Part shown: positions 31,472 through 43,040 of the stretch, piece after piece | Layout of the letters: each line of letters starts with the position of its first letter | Numbering within the stretch: position 1 is the stretch's first letter | NCBI GenBank assembly: GCA_965217775.1 | Contig: CBDCJH010000002.1 | Location: 6,080,001-6,144,000, forward strand | Direction: 5' to 3' | DNA length: 64,000 nt | From: Acidobacteriota bacterium | GTDB taxonomy: Bacteria; Acidobacteriota; UBA6911; RPQK01; JAJDTT01 | Program-made: the position numbers and the translations under genes | The notes under the pieces: model-generated | Told to the model about the DNA's origin: nothing | Database searches by the model: none | What the model saw: the letters and a program-made list of their open reading frames with translations, nothing else

Positions 31472-34177
31472 ATGGGAGAGAGTCACGACAGCTTTGGCTG
31501 CCGATCCAAACTGACGACAGGGAACGTCGAAGCCGATTATTTCGATCTCACGTCGCTGGAGCGCCGTGGAGTGGGCCGCGTCTCGCGGCTCCCCTTCTGC
31601 ATGAAGATCCTGCTGGAGAATCTGCTCCGGCATGAGGACGGCGTCACGGTGACCGCCGGGGACGTGGCGAGTCTGGCCGATTGGGATCCGGCCGCCGCTT
31701 CCCAGCCCGAGATCGCCTTCCGCCCGGCCCGGGTTCTGCTGCAGGACTTCACCGGAGTTCCCGCGGTCGTCGACCTGGCGGCGATGCGGGACGCCATGAT
31801 CGGGATGGGCGGGGACCCGGACCGGATCAACCCTCTGGTCCCGGCCGAGTTGGTCATCGACCACTCGGTTCAGGTCGACTCCTTCGGAACCCGCCGTTCC
31901 TTCAGGTTCAACGTGGAGAGGGAGTTTCAGCGCAATCTGGAACGCTATGCCTTTCTGCGCTGGGGCCAGGCCGCGTTCGACAACTTCCGGGTCGTCCCCC
32001 CGGCCACGGGGATCGTCCACCAGGTCAACCTGGAGTACCTGGCCCGGGTCGTGTTCCAGTCGGGCGACAACGGAACTCCCCTCTGCTATCCCGATACCCT
32101 CGTCGGGACCGACAGCCACACCACCATGGTCAACGGATTGGGCGTCCTGGGCTGGGGTGTGGGCGGCATCGAGGCGGAAGCCGCCATGCTGGGACAACCC
32201 ATCAGCATGCTGTTGCCGCAGGTCGTGGGGTTCGGGCTGCACGGCGTTCTGCCCGAGGGAGCCACGGCCACCGACCTGGTCCTGCGGATCACCCAGATGC
32301 TCCGGGAAAAGGGCGTCGTGGGGAAATTCGTGGAGTTCTACGGCTCCGGAGTCGCCGGCCTTTCGCTGGCCGACCGGGCGACTCTGGGCAACATGTCCCC
32401 CGAGTACGGAGCCACCTGCGCCATCTTTCCCATCGATGAGGAGACCTTGACCTACCTGCGGCTGACGGCGCGGCCGCCGGAGCGGGTGGCCCTGGTGGAG
32501 AGCTACGCCAAGGCCCAGGGGATGTTCCATGGTCCCGGGAGCCCCGAGGCGGAATACAGTGACACCCTGAACCTGGATCTCGCGTCGGTCGAGCCTGCAA
32601 TAGCGGGACCGAAACGTCCTCAGGACCGCATCCCATTGACCCAGTCCAAGCCGGCGTTTCTGGAGTTCCTGTCCCAGTCGGCGGGGAACGGAAAACCCGC
32701 CGGAGAGGATTCGCTGGCTATCGTGCAAGGAGACGGAAACGGCTCGGGCGCTCTCGATCTGGACCACGGGTCCGTGGTCATCGCCGCCATCACCAGTTGC
32801 ACCAACACCTCGAATCCGTCGGTCATGGTGGGGGCCGGACTCCTGGCACGCAAGGCGGTGGAGCGGGGTCTGGTCCGAAAGCCATGGGTCAAGACCAGCT
32901 TGGCGCCGGGATCGAAGGTGGTGACCGAGTACCTGGAGAAGGCCGGCCTGATGGAAGATCTGGCCGCCCTGGGGTTCGATCTGGTGGGTTACGGCTGCAC
33001 CACCTGCATCGGCAACAGTGGTCCCCTGGCCGCGCCGATTTCCAAGGCGGTCCATGAGCGCGACCTGGTGGTCTGCGCCGTCCTGTCGGGCAACCGCAAC
33101 TTCGAGGGTCGGATCAGCCCGGACGTTCGAGCCAACTACCTGGCCTCGCCGCCTCTGGTCGTCGCCTACGCCATCGCCGGCCGCATGGATCACGATCTGT
33201 ACCGAGAGCCCCTGGGCCGCGATTCCCAGGGACGGGAGGTCTTTCTGCGAGACATCTGGCCGACCCACCACGAGATTCAGGCGGTGATCGGCGAAGCCGT
33301 GCTGCCGGAGATGTTCCAGGAGAAGTACGGTGACGTCTACAGTGGGAACAAGCAGTGGCGGGCGTTGCCCGCACCCGAGGGTCAGGGCTTCTCCTGGGCG
33401 GCGGATTCCACCTACGTCCGGAGACCGACTTTCTTCGATGGAATGCCTCGAATCCCGGAACCGCTCCAGGACCTGCAGGGAATGAGGGTCCTGGCTTTGC
33501 TGGGAGACTCGGTGACCACGGACCACATCTCTCCGGCGGGTGCGATTCCGGTAGAGGGTCCCGCCGGCCGCTATCTCATGGAGCAGGGAGTCGAACCCGT
33601 CGATTTCAACTCCTTCGGCTCGCGCCGCGGCAACCATGAGGTCATGGTGCGAGGGACCTTCGGGAACATCCGGCTCCGGAACCTGCTGGTTCCGGGCGTG
33701 GAAGGCGGCTACACCCGATGTTCCCCCGGAGGCGACGTTGTCTCCATCTACGACGCCGCCATGGAGTACCAGCGTCACGGTACGCCACTGATCATTCTGG
33801 CCGGCAAGGAATACGGCTCCGGCTCTTCCCGGGACTGGGCTGCCAAGGGGACCCGGTTGCTGGGGATCCAGGCCGTTCTGGCCGAGACCTACGAACGGAT
33901 CCACCGGAGCAACCTCATCGGCATGGGTGTCCTGCCCCTCCAGTTCATGGACGGGGAGAATCACGAATCCCTGGGCTTGAACGGCTACGAGACGTACGGA
34001 CTGTCGGGCCTCTCGAAGGGTCTGGAGCCGGGGTCCCGCCTCCGGATGCAGGTCTCCTCTCCCGGGGGCGAGGTTTCGGAGTTCCCGGTCCTGGTTCGAA
34101 TCGACACCCCCAATGAGTTGGCCTATTTCGAGCACCAGGGCATCCTTCACTATGTTCTGAGGTCCCTGGCGAATTGA
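31472..34177 (+). CDS. acnA: Aconitate hydratase A
   Basis: [48 protein letters not shown] and [12 protein letters not shown]. Confidence 0.98.
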   Translation: MGESHDSFGCRSKLTTGNVEADYFDLTSLERRGVGRVSRLPFCMKILLENLLRHEDGVTVTAGDVASLADWDPAAASQPEIAFRPARVLLQDFTGVPAVVDLAAMRDAMIGMGGDPDRINPLVPAELVIDHSVQVDSFGTRRSFRFNVEREFQRNLERYAFLRWGQAAFDNFRVVPPATGIVHQVNLEYLARVVFQSGDNGTPLCYPDTLVGTDSHTTMVNGLGVLGWGVGGIEAEAAMLGQPISMLLPQVVGFGLHGVLPEGATATDLVLRITQMLREKGVVGKFVEFYGSGVAGLSLADRATLGNMSPEYGATCAIFPIDEETLTYLRLTARPPERVALVESYAKAQGMFHGPGSPEAEYSDTLNLDLASVEPAIAGPKRPQDRIPLTQSKPAFLEFLSQSAGNGKPAGEDSLAIVQGDGNGSGALDLDHGSVVIAAITSCTNTSNPSVMVGAGLLARKAVERGLVRKPWVKTSLAPGSKVVTEYLEKAGLMEDLAALGFDLVGYGCTTCIGNSGPLAAPISKAVHERDLVVCAVLSGNRNFEGRISPDVRANYLASPPLVVAYAIAGRMDHDLYREPLGRDSQGREVFLRDIWPTHHEIQAVIGEAVLPEMFQEKYGDVYSGNKQWRALPAPEGQGFSWAADSTYVRRPTFFDGMPRIPEPLQDLQGMRVLALLGDSVTTDHISPAGAIPVEGPAGRYLMEQGVEPVDFNSFGSRRGNHEVMVRGTFGNIRLRNLLVPGVEGGYTRCSPGGDVVSIYDAAMEYQRHGTPLIILAGKEYGSGSSRDWAAKGTRLLGIQAVLAETYERIHRSNLIGMGVLPLQFMDGENHESLGLNGYETYGLSGLSKGLEPGSRLRMQVSSPGGEVSEFPVLVRIDTPNELAYFEHQGILHYVLRSLAN

Positions 34178-34214
34178 CCCGGGATGAGGGAGGAGACCGG
34201 TTGAGGCTGAATCG

Positions 34215-34883
34215 TTGACGGCTCCAGGCCAAACCATTGAGCTGCCCATCTTTCCCCTCCCCGGGGTGGTGTTCTTCCCCCGGGTGATCCTGCCGCTGCA
34301 CATCTTCGAGCCGCGCTACAAGGCCATGGTCGCCAGCGCCCTGGATGGGAACGGCCGCATCGGCATGGTCCTGCTCCGGCAGGGCTGGCGTCCCCAATAC
34401 CAGGGCTCCCCGCCGGTCTTCGGAACCGGAACCATGGGTCTGATCACTCAGCCGGAAGAGCTGGAGGACGGCAAGTACAACCTCCTGCTCCGGGGACTCC
34501 AGCGTTATCAGATCCTGGAATTCCTGCAGGAGACGCCCTTCCGTCTGGCCCGGGTCCGGCTCCTGGAGGATGTGGCGCCCACCGAGCCCGACGCCCAGAC
34601 TCTTCGCTGGAAGATGGCCAAGCGCCTGAACCAGTTGGCGCCCGAGATCCGGTTTCCGCCGCTGGAGCCCAAATTGGCCGGCCAACTCGATTTCCTGACC
34701 ATGATCAACCTGATCTGTTGTTGCATGGATCTCTCCGTCTACGACAAGCAGAGGCTGCTGGAGACGGGCGATCTGGCGGTGCGGGCACGTGGAGTCCTGG
34801 GGGTGCTGGACCGGAAGCTGAAGGCGAAGAAACTGGTCTCCGGCTTTCAGACCCTCCGGCCCGAGCATCCGGAGAGGAATTGA
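34215..34883 (+). CDS. Stand-alone LON peptidase N-terminal (substrate-binding) domain protein
   Basis: LPIFPL..V.FP...LPLHIFEPRY...DGKYNLLLRG. Confidence 0.9.
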   Translation: MTAPGQTIELPIFPLPGVVFFPRVILPLHIFEPRYKAMVASALDGNGRIGMVLLRQGWRPQYQGSPPVFGTGTMGLITQPEELEDGKYNLLLRGLQRYQILEFLQETPFRLARVRLLEDVAPTEPDAQTLRWKMAKRLNQLAPEIRFPPLEPKLAGQLDFLTMINLICCCMDLSVYDKQRLLETGDLAVRARGVLGVLDRKLKAKKLVSGFQTLRPEHPERN

Positions 34884-34929
34884 ATTCCCGACCCGGCGAC
34901 CGGCGGAAGCCGGCCGGACTGGACTTTCG

Positions 34930-37056
34930 ATGAGAGTTATTGGGCTGCTGGCGCTTTGGCTGACGACCTCCGTCCTCCCGGCGGCTCCGCCCGGTCTCGG
35001 CGAGACGCCGGCTGCTCCGGAACGGAATCTCAGCTATGACATCCAGGCCAAGCTGGATCCGGTATCGAAAACGGTCGAAGCCCAACAGGTCCTGAACTGG
35101 AGAAACTCCTCGGACACACCGATCCGGGAGTTCCACTTTCACCTCTATCTGAACGCCTTCCGGAACAACCGGTCCACCATGATGTGGGAGCAGGCGTTCG
35201 CCCCCTTCTGGAGGGGCAAGGACCCGATTCCGGAGGACTACTGGGGCTTCATCGACGTTGGTTCCATCCAGGTCGAGACGGACGGATCCCAGGGCCCCAC
35301 CCGCGTGGCGAGCCGCCGCTTCATCCATCCCGACGACGACAATGCGGAGGACCGGACGGTGCTCCAGGTGGAGTTGGACCGGCCTCTGGCCCCCGGCGAG
35401 CAAGTACGCTTTCGAATCGAGTTCACCTCCAAGCTGCCCCGGGGCGCCCGCAGGACCGGCTGGGTGGAGGACTACTACTTCGTGGCCCAGTGGTTCCCCA
35501 AGCTGGGAGTCTTTGCCGACGGCGCCTGGTATTGCCACCAGTATCACTTCCACTCCGAGTTCTTCGCCGATTTCGGAGACTTTGACGTGAGCCTGACGGT
35601 GCCGTCGGGCATGGTGGTGGGGGCCACCGGCCGCCAAGTCGGCGAGACCGACAATGGGGACGGAACCCACACGCTCCGTTTCCAACAGGAAAACGTGCAT
35701 GACTTCACCTGGGTGGCCAGCTCCCGGCTACTGCCGAGGACCCGCAGGTTCGAACATCCCGGACTTCCTCCCGTCGACATGCGGCTGCTTCTGTTGGAGG
35801 AGCATGCCCACCTGGAGGAACGGTACTTCCGGGCCATGGAGCACTCCCTGCGCCTCTTCGGGACCTGGTTCGGAGCCTATCCCTACTCCGTCCTCACCCT
35901 GGTCGATCCTCCCTACAACAGCCGCACCGGGGGAATGGAGTATCCCACTCTCGTGACCGGGAGGACCGACTTCTGGTCGCCCCCGGAGACGCTCTCGCCC
36001 GAAGGGGTCACCATCCATGAGGTGGGCCACCAATGGTGGTACGGCCTGGTGGCCAGCAACGAAGCCGAAGAGGCCTGGCTGGACGAAGGGATCACCTCCT
36101 GGGCCACGGACCGGGCCGCTCGCGAAGCCTATGCTCCCAGGGTTCACGTGGAGTGGCTCCTGGGGGAGATTCCTCTGTCGTTCCCCCCGGTGGTCCGGCC
36201 CTTCGAGACCCGCAACCTGCACTGGTTGCGCCGCGGCGGACGCCTGGACGTCATGACGCGCGACTCCTGGAGTTTCCGGAACCGGCGCAGCTATTTCGTC
36301 AACGCCTACGCCAAGCCCGATATGGTGCTGTGGACCCTGGAACGGTACCTGGGCTCCGAGGTCATGCTGCGGGCGATCCGGACCTACTTCGAGCGTTACC
36401 GCTACCGTCATCCCACGACCGGGGACTTCGTGCGGACGGTCAGCGAGGTGGCCGGCGAGGACCTGGAATGGTTCTTCCGGGAGACGCTCCACAGCGCCGA
36501 GGCGGTCGATTACGCGGTGACCGAAGCCCGATCCGTGGCCATTCCGGCCCTGAAGGGAGTGCCACCCGGCTATGCCGAACCCGTTGAAGAGGTGACCGTC
36601 GCGGACGGCGGCGAGAGTGCTGAAGCCGAAGTCCCGGCGCAATCGGAGGCGGAGGTCCCGGTTCCGGATCAGGAACCGGAAGTCGCTGGCGATGTTTCTA
36701 CCGAAGAGGAGACCGCGTCGAAAAAGGTCTACTGGAGCCGGGTGGTGGTGACCCGGCTGCAGGGAGGGCGGTTCCCCGTCGACGTGGTCATGGAGTTCGA
36801 GGACGGGAAACGGTTCCGCCGCCTCTGGGACGGGCAGTACCGGTGGGTCCGGTACGAGTTCAAGCGGCCGTCGCGGCTCAAGTCGGCCGTGGTCGATCCC
36901 GACCGGAAGCTGCTTCTGGACATCGATCCCACCAACAACAGTCGGCTGGTGAAGCCGCCAACCAGTGGCGGGCGCTCTCTGGCCACATGGAAATGGACCG
37001 CGAAGTGGCTCTTCTGGTTGCAGAACCTGATGGAAATCTTCGCTCTGATCTCATGA
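34930..37056 (+). CDS. Secreted M1 family metallo-aminopeptidase
   Basis: GGMEYP and HEVGHQWW...EAWLDEG. Confidence 0.93.
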   Translation: MRVIGLLALWLTTSVLPAAPPGLGETPAAPERNLSYDIQAKLDPVSKTVEAQQVLNWRNSSDTPIREFHFHLYLNAFRNNRSTMMWEQAFAPFWRGKDPIPEDYWGFIDVGSIQVETDGSQGPTRVASRRFIHPDDDNAEDRTVLQVELDRPLAPGEQVRFRIEFTSKLPRGARRTGWVEDYYFVAQWFPKLGVFADGAWYCHQYHFHSEFFADFGDFDVSLTVPSGMVVGATGRQVGETDNGDGTHTLRFQQENVHDFTWVASSRLLPRTRRFEHPGLPPVDMRLLLLEEHAHLEERYFRAMEHSLRLFGTWFGAYPYSVLTLVDPPYNSRTGGMEYPTLVTGRTDFWSPPETLSPEGVTIHEVGHQWWYGLVASNEAEEAWLDEGITSWATDRAAREAYAPRVHVEWLLGEIPLSFPPVVRPFETRNLHWLRRGGRLDVMTRDSWSFRNRRSYFVNAYAKPDMVLWTLERYLGSEVMLRAIRTYFERYRYRHPTTGDFVRTVSEVAGEDLEWFFRETLHSAEAVDYAVTEARSVAIPALKGVPPGYAEPVEEVTVADGGESAEAEVPAQSEAEVPVPDQEPEVAGDVSTEEETASKKVYWSRVVVTRLQGGRFPVDVVMEFEDGKRFRRLWDGQYRWVRYEFKRPSRLKSAVVDPDRKLLLDIDPTNNSRLVKPPTSGGRSLATWKWTAKWLFWLQNLMEIFALIS

Positions 37057-38090
37057 CTCTCACCGGCTGCGTGGCTCAGGGTTGGCGGAATCTGTCGGCC
37101 CACAAGAAGTCGATCCTCTATCTCTACCTGGTGATCCTGGGATCGGCGTCCATTCTGCTGCTTCCCTTCATGGAGAGCTTCGAATCCTCCCTGGGCGCCG
37201 GCCTCTATCGGGAACGGCTGGTGACGGTTCTGGACTACGACTGGTACCAGCTCTTCCGGGACCGGGTCCAGGGGGCGGCCGAGAGCTTCGGTCCCTGGGT
37301 CCTGGGAGCCGGACCCTTTCTCCACACCCTGGAGGTTCTGCTGGAAGACGGCTTCGGCAAGTTGCCGGCGGCGGTGCTCGGCGCCGCTGCCATCTATCTC
37401 CTGCTGCACACCTTCGTACTCTCGGCGGCGGTCAGCTCCCTTCACCTCCACCCCGGCGGGGGCAGCACCCGCGGGTTCCTCCGCAACGGAGCCGAGTTCT
37501 TCGGCCGGTTCCTCAGGCTGAGCCTGCTGGCGCTTCTTCTCTACTGGTTCTTGAGGCACGTGCTCCTGACCCCCGTGAACGGGTGGGTCGACTCGTTTTC
37601 CGACGCCGCCGCGACCGAGGTCACGGGTTTCTACCTCAGTCTGGCGCGTTATCTTCTGGTCCTCGTCCTGGTCCTGGGACTGGACCTGATCCTGGACTAC
37701 GCTCGAATCAAGGTCGTGCTGGAGGACCGCACCAGCATCCTGTTGGCCGTGGTGGCCGCGGTCGGATTCTGCAAGAGGAATTTCCTGGGCGCCACCGGGC
37801 TCTACCTGCTCCTGGTGGGCTTCACCCTGGTCTGGGCCGGCGTTTATCTGGGCTTCGATACCCTGGTCGGAGACGATTCCCGGGGAGGCATCCTGGTGGT
37901 CTTCCTGGCGCAGCAGATCCAGGTTTTGGGCAGAATGGCCCTCAAACTCCTGGGCTTCGGCGCCCAGATCCAGTTCGTCAAGAGCCGCGATCCCTGGTTC
38001 CGCGACCGGGACCCAGGAGGGGGGACAACAGGAGGGGGGACATCCCTGTCCCCCACAGTCCCAAGCAATGGACCCGAGGAAACGGCATGA
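37053..38090 (+). CDS. Integral membrane protein
   Basis: About six TM helices. Translationally coupled to both neighbours by ATGA overlaps. Confidence 0.75.
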   Translation: MTLTGCVAQGWRNLSAHKKSILYLYLVILGSASILLLPFMESFESSLGAGLYRERLVTVLDYDWYQLFRDRVQGAAESFGPWVLGAGPFLHTLEVLLEDGFGKLPAAVLGAAAIYLLLHTFVLSAAVSSLHLHPGGGSTRGFLRNGAEFFGRFLRLSLLALLLYWFLRHVLLTPVNGWVDSFSDAAATEVTGFYLSLARYLLVLVLVLGLDLILDYARIKVVLEDRTSILLAVVAAVGFCKRNFLGATGLYLLLVGFTLVWAGVYLGFDTLVGDDSRGGILVVFLAQQIQVLGRMALKLLGFGAQIQFVKSRDPWFRDRDPGGGTTGGGTSLSPTVPSNGPEETA

Positions 38091-39865
38091 CGATGCGTCT
38101 CAGATGGTCGTTCCTGGCTCTGCTCTGCCTCACCGGCGCCGCCGGCGCCCGGGACGAGGGGCGGCTCATGGAGCACCTGCGTCATCTCGCCTCCGACGAG
38201 ATGCAGGGCCGAGGGAACGGTTCGCCCGGCATGGAGCGGGCGGCACGCTATCTGGCGGAGGAATTCCGCCGGATCGGCCTGGAGCCGGCCGGTGCCGACG
38301 GCACTTTCTTCCAGCCCTTCACCATCACCACGGGCCGGAACCTGGGACCGGAAAATCGACTGAGGATTCAGGGGCCCAAGACCGCTCGAGAGTTCTCACC
38401 CGGCGCCGAGTACCGGCTCGTGACCTATGGACCAGATCGGAGTGTTTCCGGAGAACTCTTCTTCGCCGGTTTCGGAATCACCGCGCCCGATGATCACAAG
38501 TACGACGATTACGGCGACTGGGATGTCCGAGGCCGGGTGGTCGTGGCGTTCGAGCACGAACCCCAGGAGCGCTTCGCGTCCAGCCCCTTTCACGGCAAGG
38601 ACCTGACGTCCTATTCGACGGTGATCCACAAGGCGCTCAACGCCAGAAGGCGCGGCGCCGTGGCGCTGATTCTGATTCCCGATCGATTCAATCACCCCAA
38701 GCGGGGTTCCCGGCGGACCCCGGAACTGGAAACGGTTGCCAACGTGGGGATCCCCACCGTTCGGCTGAGCGGACGTTGGGGCGAGCGCCTGCTCCGCGAG
38801 GCGGGACGCGATCCGTCCGAGATCGACCGCTGGATTCACCATCACCTCACCCCCTACTCGTTTCCCATGGATGGGATTACCGTCCGTCTGGATGTGGACG
38901 TGGTCTCGGTCAGCCACCGGGTGAATAACGTGCTGGGCTATCTTCCCGGCGACTCCGAGGAAGTGGTGGTGATCGGCGCGCACTATGACCACCTGGGGTA
39001 CGGGGACGAATCCTCGTTGGCCGAACAACGCTTGGGACAGATCCACAACGGGGCGGACGACAACGCTTCCGGGGTGGCCGCGATGCTGGTCCTGGCCCGG
39101 GATCTGTCGGCGGCCCGGCCCGGCCGTACCGTGCTTTTCGCCGCATTCGCAGCCGAAGAGCTGGGACTTCTGGGCTCTCGCCACTACGTGCAGCATCCGC
39201 CTTTGCCGCTGGAACGAACCGTGGCCATGATGAACCTGGACATGATCGGACGCAGCGACGGCGATGTGCTGATTGGAGGAACGGGCACGGCGGAGGAGTT
39301 CCGGGACCTGCTCCACGAGGTGGAGGCGAACTCGCCGCTGACCTTCAAATACGCCAGCACCCCACGGGGTTCGAGCGACCATCTGTCGTTCGCCGCAGCG
39401 GGAGTGCCGGTCCTCTTCTTCTTTACCGGTCTGCATTCGGACTACCACAAGCCGTCCGACGACTGGGAGAAGATCGACCTGGTCCGAACCTGGCAGGTGG
39501 TGGAGGCCGTGCGTCAGACGGTGGTCCGGCTGAACCGTCTGGAGAGCCGGCCCCGGTATGTGGATCTCCGGCACGGGAGGACGCCGCTCGACGATCGGCC
39601 CTGGTTGGGGATCGCTCCCGACATGAGCTGGACTCTGGGAGGCGTCCGGATCGCGCAGGTCTTGAGTTGGAGTCCCGCCCACGACGCGGGATTGCAGGAG
39701 CAAGACGTGCTGGTGGAATTCGGCGGACGGGAGGTACGCAATCTTCGGGACCTCCGGAACCTGCTCCGGTCCCGGAAGCCGGGAGACCAGGTCCGGATCC
39801 TGGTGCTGCGGCAGGGGCAACTGGTCGAGATGACTGCCCAGCTCGATCGCCGGTCCGCGCAGTAG
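38087..39865 (+). CDS. Secreted M28 peptidase with PA and PDZ domains
   Basis: GAHYDHLG, GADDNASG, AEELGLLGS, NLDMIG, SDH, YHKPSDD and a C-terminal PDZ domain. Confidence 0.93.
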   Translation: MTMRLRWSFLALLCLTGAAGARDEGRLMEHLRHLASDEMQGRGNGSPGMERAARYLAEEFRRIGLEPAGADGTFFQPFTITTGRNLGPENRLRIQGPKTAREFSPGAEYRLVTYGPDRSVSGELFFAGFGITAPDDHKYDDYGDWDVRGRVVVAFEHEPQERFASSPFHGKDLTSYSTVIHKALNARRRGAVALILIPDRFNHPKRGSRRTPELETVANVGIPTVRLSGRWGERLLREAGRDPSEIDRWIHHHLTPYSFPMDGITVRLDVDVVSVSHRVNNVLGYLPGDSEEVVVIGAHYDHLGYGDESSLAEQRLGQIHNGADDNASGVAAMLVLARDLSAARPGRTVLFAAFAAEELGLLGSRHYVQHPPLPLERTVAMMNLDMIGRSDGDVLIGGTGTAEEFRDLLHEVEANSPLTFKYASTPRGSSDHLSFAAAGVPVLFFFTGLHSDYHKPSDDWEKIDLVRTWQVVEAVRQTVVRLNRLESRPRYVDLRHGRTPLDDRPWLGIAPDMSWTLGGVRIAQVLSWSPAHDAGLQEQDVLVEFGGREVRNLRDLRNLLRSRKPGDQVRILVLRQGQLVEMTAQLDRRSAQ

Positions 39866-39872
39866 GGGCAGG

Positions 39873-39980
39873 AGGGGGGACATCCTTGTCCCCCATTCCC
39901 CAATGCAGTGACGTCTGGGAGGGGGACATCCATGTCCCCCACAGCCGCCAGAATCGGGGGTTACAAACCCCCGCTCCCAC
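39873..39980. repeat. REP/REPIN-like cluster
   Basis: GGGGGACATCC(T/A)TGTCCCCC twice and GGGGGTTACAAACCCCCGCTCC. Confidence 0.75.
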
Positions 39981-40114
39981 GCTCCCCCATTTTCTGCCAG
40001 GATTACGCGGGCCATCGGCCGTTGGGGGAGCTTTTCTCTTTCCTATTTTTCTCAGTTTTACAGAGGTTCGGGTCACCGTGTCCTTCGCCCCAGCGTTCGT
40101 GAACGCCCCGGTCG

Positions 40115-40897
40115 TCATCCCCAGTCCAGGACACGTTCGCCGAGCGGCTGCACGGGCCGAAAGTTGTTCGGATAGATGGCGCCGAACGTGGCGATCTGCT
40201 CCGCCGACATCGTAAGCGGCTCGGTCAGGATTACCCAGTCGACACCCTCGGAGCAGGGCGGAGTCGTGAGCGATCCTCGGTAGCGCCACGTGGTGCGCGT
40301 GGCGGGCAGCAACGACGCCAAGTCGAGTTCGCCCGGCACCACGCGCGCCGCCGCAGGTTCGGGTGGGAGGTGTGCCCAGACTGGTCCCAGCGCGTAGTTC
40401 GGCTTTCCTTCCTCGAACAGCACGCCGACCACCGCAAGCGAGCCGCCATCGCTCCGATGCACCAAGTGCATCTCCAGCGGCAGCTGAGTGCCGTCAACCG
40501 TGTGTTCGCTGGCATGGTGGAAGTGAAACTGCATCAGGTCGAAGCGTAATCCGTCGAGGACGGTGGCGCTGCCGGGGTCCGGGTTCACCTGAATCGTATG
40601 CCCGGTATTCTCGACGACGATGCGGGTCCGCCGGTAGTCGAACTCGATCGAGATCGGATCGGGACGCCGGCCAGCGGTCAGGTCAATGGGAGACTGCTCC
40701 TTGCCCAAGGCGCACTTGCTGAACGTTGGGTCGAGCGTCCCCCAAAGTGCTGGACCATTGTGCGGCTGGTAGCCCCATGACGGCCCGGTATGTTGTGATT
40801 CACTCTTGCCCCCGACGGGTGGAGAATGCTCGGCACTCTGGCACCCAAAGGGGACTAACGCGACGATGGCAATCCCGGACAAGAGAACTCGCTTCAT
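40115..40897 (-). CDS. Alpha-class carbonic anhydrase, lipoprotein-like
   Basis: WGY...GP..W, QSPID, QFHFH..SEH, EMHLVH, GSLTTPPCSE and NFRPVQ. Confidence 0.95.
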   Translation of the reverse strand: MKRVLLSGIAIVALVPFGCQSAEHSPPVGGKSESQHTGPSWGYQPHNGPALWGTLDPTFSKCALGKEQSPIDLTAGRRPDPISIEFDYRRTRIVVENTGHTIQVNPDPGSATVLDGLRFDLMQFHFHHASEHTVDGTQLPLEMHLVHRSDGGSLAVVGVLFEEGKPNYALGPVWAHLPPEPAAARVVPGELDLASLLPATRTTWRYRGSLTTPPCSEGVDWVILTEPLTMSAEQIATFGAIYPNNFRPVQPLGERVLDWG

Positions 40898-41108
40898 GAC
40901 GCCTCCGTATCTCTCAGGGCAACGCGACAGCATTCGGCACCGGGCGACACACGATCTCATTGAAGAACTGATCGCCGAGTTTGAGCACGCTTTCCCAAAC
41001 TGTGGGCGCGTCGAGCCAGCTCGATTTCTACCCGAATGACTCCCCGGTCCAGCCAGATCCAAGCGTAGCTTCCGCCGCCGGCCTGGAGCCTTACACCGGA
41101 TCCGGGTC

Positions 41109-41552
41109 TCAACCTGTCTTGACCCACGCTCTGACTCGTTTCACGTGTGCCAACGGCCGCAACAACGCGGAAAAAACATCGTGCACGATCCCTTGCTCGT
41201 CCACAAGGAAAGTGACGCGCCCGGGTAGCCCCCATGAAAAGGCCCCGTACAGACGACGAACGGCATCATCCGGGTCGCTGGCGATCTGAAAGGGCAAGGC
41301 ATTGCATTCGGCGAAACTCCGGTGCGAGTCCACGCTGGCACGGTTGATGCCGATCACCTCCACGCCCATTCCTGCCAGGTCATCATAAATGTCGCGGAGG
41401 GCACGAACCTGGAAGGTGCACCCCGGGGAATCGTCCGCCGGATAGAAAAACACCACCACCTTCCGGCCGCGTAAAGAGCTCAAACGGAAGGTGTCATTCT
41501 TCGTTGTCTTCAGAACGAAGTCAGGCGCGGTATCACCGACGGAAACTGCCAC
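41109..41552 (-). CDS. Peroxiredoxin (BCP/PrxQ)
   Basis: FFYPADDSPGCT and GRVTFLVD. Confidence 0.9.
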   Translation of the reverse strand: MAVSVGDTAPDFVLKTTKNDTFRLSSLRGRKVVVFFYPADDSPGCTFQVRALRDIYDDLAGMGVEVIGINRASVDSHRSFAECNALPFQIASDPDDAVRRLYGAFSWGLPGRVTFLVDEQGIVHDVFSALLRPLAHVKRVRAWVKTG

Positions 41553-41716
41553 AATGTGGAATTTCTACCAAAACGGGCCGAACGAAACGACAAAAGACAC
41601 AGGAGCGAAGACTAAAGGCAGGAACCAAACGTCTCGAGAATGTGCCGGGTCAGGAAGAATCTTCTGGTCAGGAGACTGGCTGAACGGCTAGACCTTGGGC
41701 CCAAACGTGGAACCGG

Positions 41717-42145
41717 TTATTCCATGGAATCCCGCGTGCGGTCGCCCATGTCGACGGTACCTTTGAAGCTGCAGCCCTCTTCCAGAATGACTTGGGGAGC
41801 GATCAGCTTGCCTCGGACGCGTCCGGTTCCACTCAAGAGGATTTGTTCTTCTCCCCGAAGGAGGCCTTCTACAAGACCATCAACGTGAATCACCTTGGCC
41901 AAGAGATCGGCCTTGATCCGGCCTTCCTTCCCCACAGTGATGTTGCACCCGGTAAGGGATAGTTGGCCTTCGATACGACCCTCGATGAGCACATCCTGCG
42001 TTCCGCTCAACTCTCCCCTGATGGTGATACTGGAGCCGATGACGGATCGGTCCCCGTTTCGCCCCGCGGCATCTTGCTGGGTAGAAACTTGAGGAAAAGT
42101 CCCTCGGGGCGCGGTCGATGATTTCGGCGAATCGTTTTCCCACAT
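41717..42145 (-). CDS. Bactofilin (polymer-forming cytoskeletal protein)
   Basis: SVIGSSITIRGEL...LIEGRIEG...EEGCSFKGTVDM. Confidence 0.9.
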   Translation of the reverse strand: MWENDSPKSSTAPRGTFPQVSTQQDAAGRNGDRSVIGSSITIRGELSGTQDVLIEGRIEGQLSLTGCNITVGKEGRIKADLLAKVIHVDGLVEGLLRGEEQILLSGTGRVRGKLIAPQVILEEGCSFKGTVDMGDRTRDSME

Positions 42146-42297
42146 GTCGTACTCCCTTCGGCGAAGATCCACACTATGGTAGATGACATCCCTGTCATCG
42201 CTCAGACGACTCGCCTGCACCGGACTGATCTTCCCGCCCGGATTGGACCACCCGGAAGTCCAGGCGTCGCACGACCGACCGGCTCCACCACTGGCTC

Positions 42298-43040
42298 TCA
42301 GGGACGGGTGTCCGACCAGCCCGAGGGTTGATCCGCTGGCACGACTTCCACGGCGGGTTCATCACTCCACTGCACGTTATCCCCCTTCTGGACGACGCCG
42401 ATGGCGATGGTCGAGAGATGGAAGTTACTGTCTGGGTCCGGAACCTCCAGGCACATCTTGAGGATGGTGGGTTCCTGGAAGCTCCACGGAAAGGAAGCGG
42501 TCTGTGCCCCGGTGACCTCCATGCTGGGTGGGCTCTCTATGGGATTCCCCTCCAGATCGAAGGCCTGGAAATGGAGTTGGGTTCCGGCCGGGGCGCCAAG
42601 ATTCGGTTCGGTCGTCACCGAGGCAAAACCGAGATTGCGCCCAGGGCCGAAGACTCCGGTCAAGACTTGGCAATCCCCATCTCCGAGCCACTCTCGTGGA
42701 GACTGACCGGAAACGGACAAGAGCTCTTGGATTTGTCCATTCATCCGATTTTCTACCAGGTAGCGACCCCGAACCTGCAGTGAGGTGATCGAGCAGGGAG
42801 CGCGGACGAAGACGGAGACCGCCCCGACCACCAGTTCTTCCGAGTCCGACGTCAAGGTCAGGATCCGGGCAGCTCCCCTGGAAAGAGTGGTGTGGAACAG
42901 GTTCCCCTCAAGCGGCTCGTTGTCTAACAATACCTGCGGCGCTTCGGAAGTTCCTTGGTGAAAGAGGAACGCCATCTCGCAATACAACAACCCACTTCGG
43001 TTGGTCACGAGGATTTCGGCTCGGGCGTCATCCTCGCCGA
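42298..43040 (-). pseudogene. Hypothetical exported-type protein, 5' end lost at a MITE remnant
   Basis: The reading frame extends upstream of GTG 43008 (..EDDARAEILVTNRSG) into the truncated MITE copy. Confidence 0.5.

Noticed and set aside
31427-34303. Long antisense ORFs (e.g. 31427..34303, 3003..5063, 26976..28907, 38396..40015, 55753..57228)
   Set aside because: These are shadow ORFs opposite well-supported genes in high-GC DNA, with no recognisable motifs.
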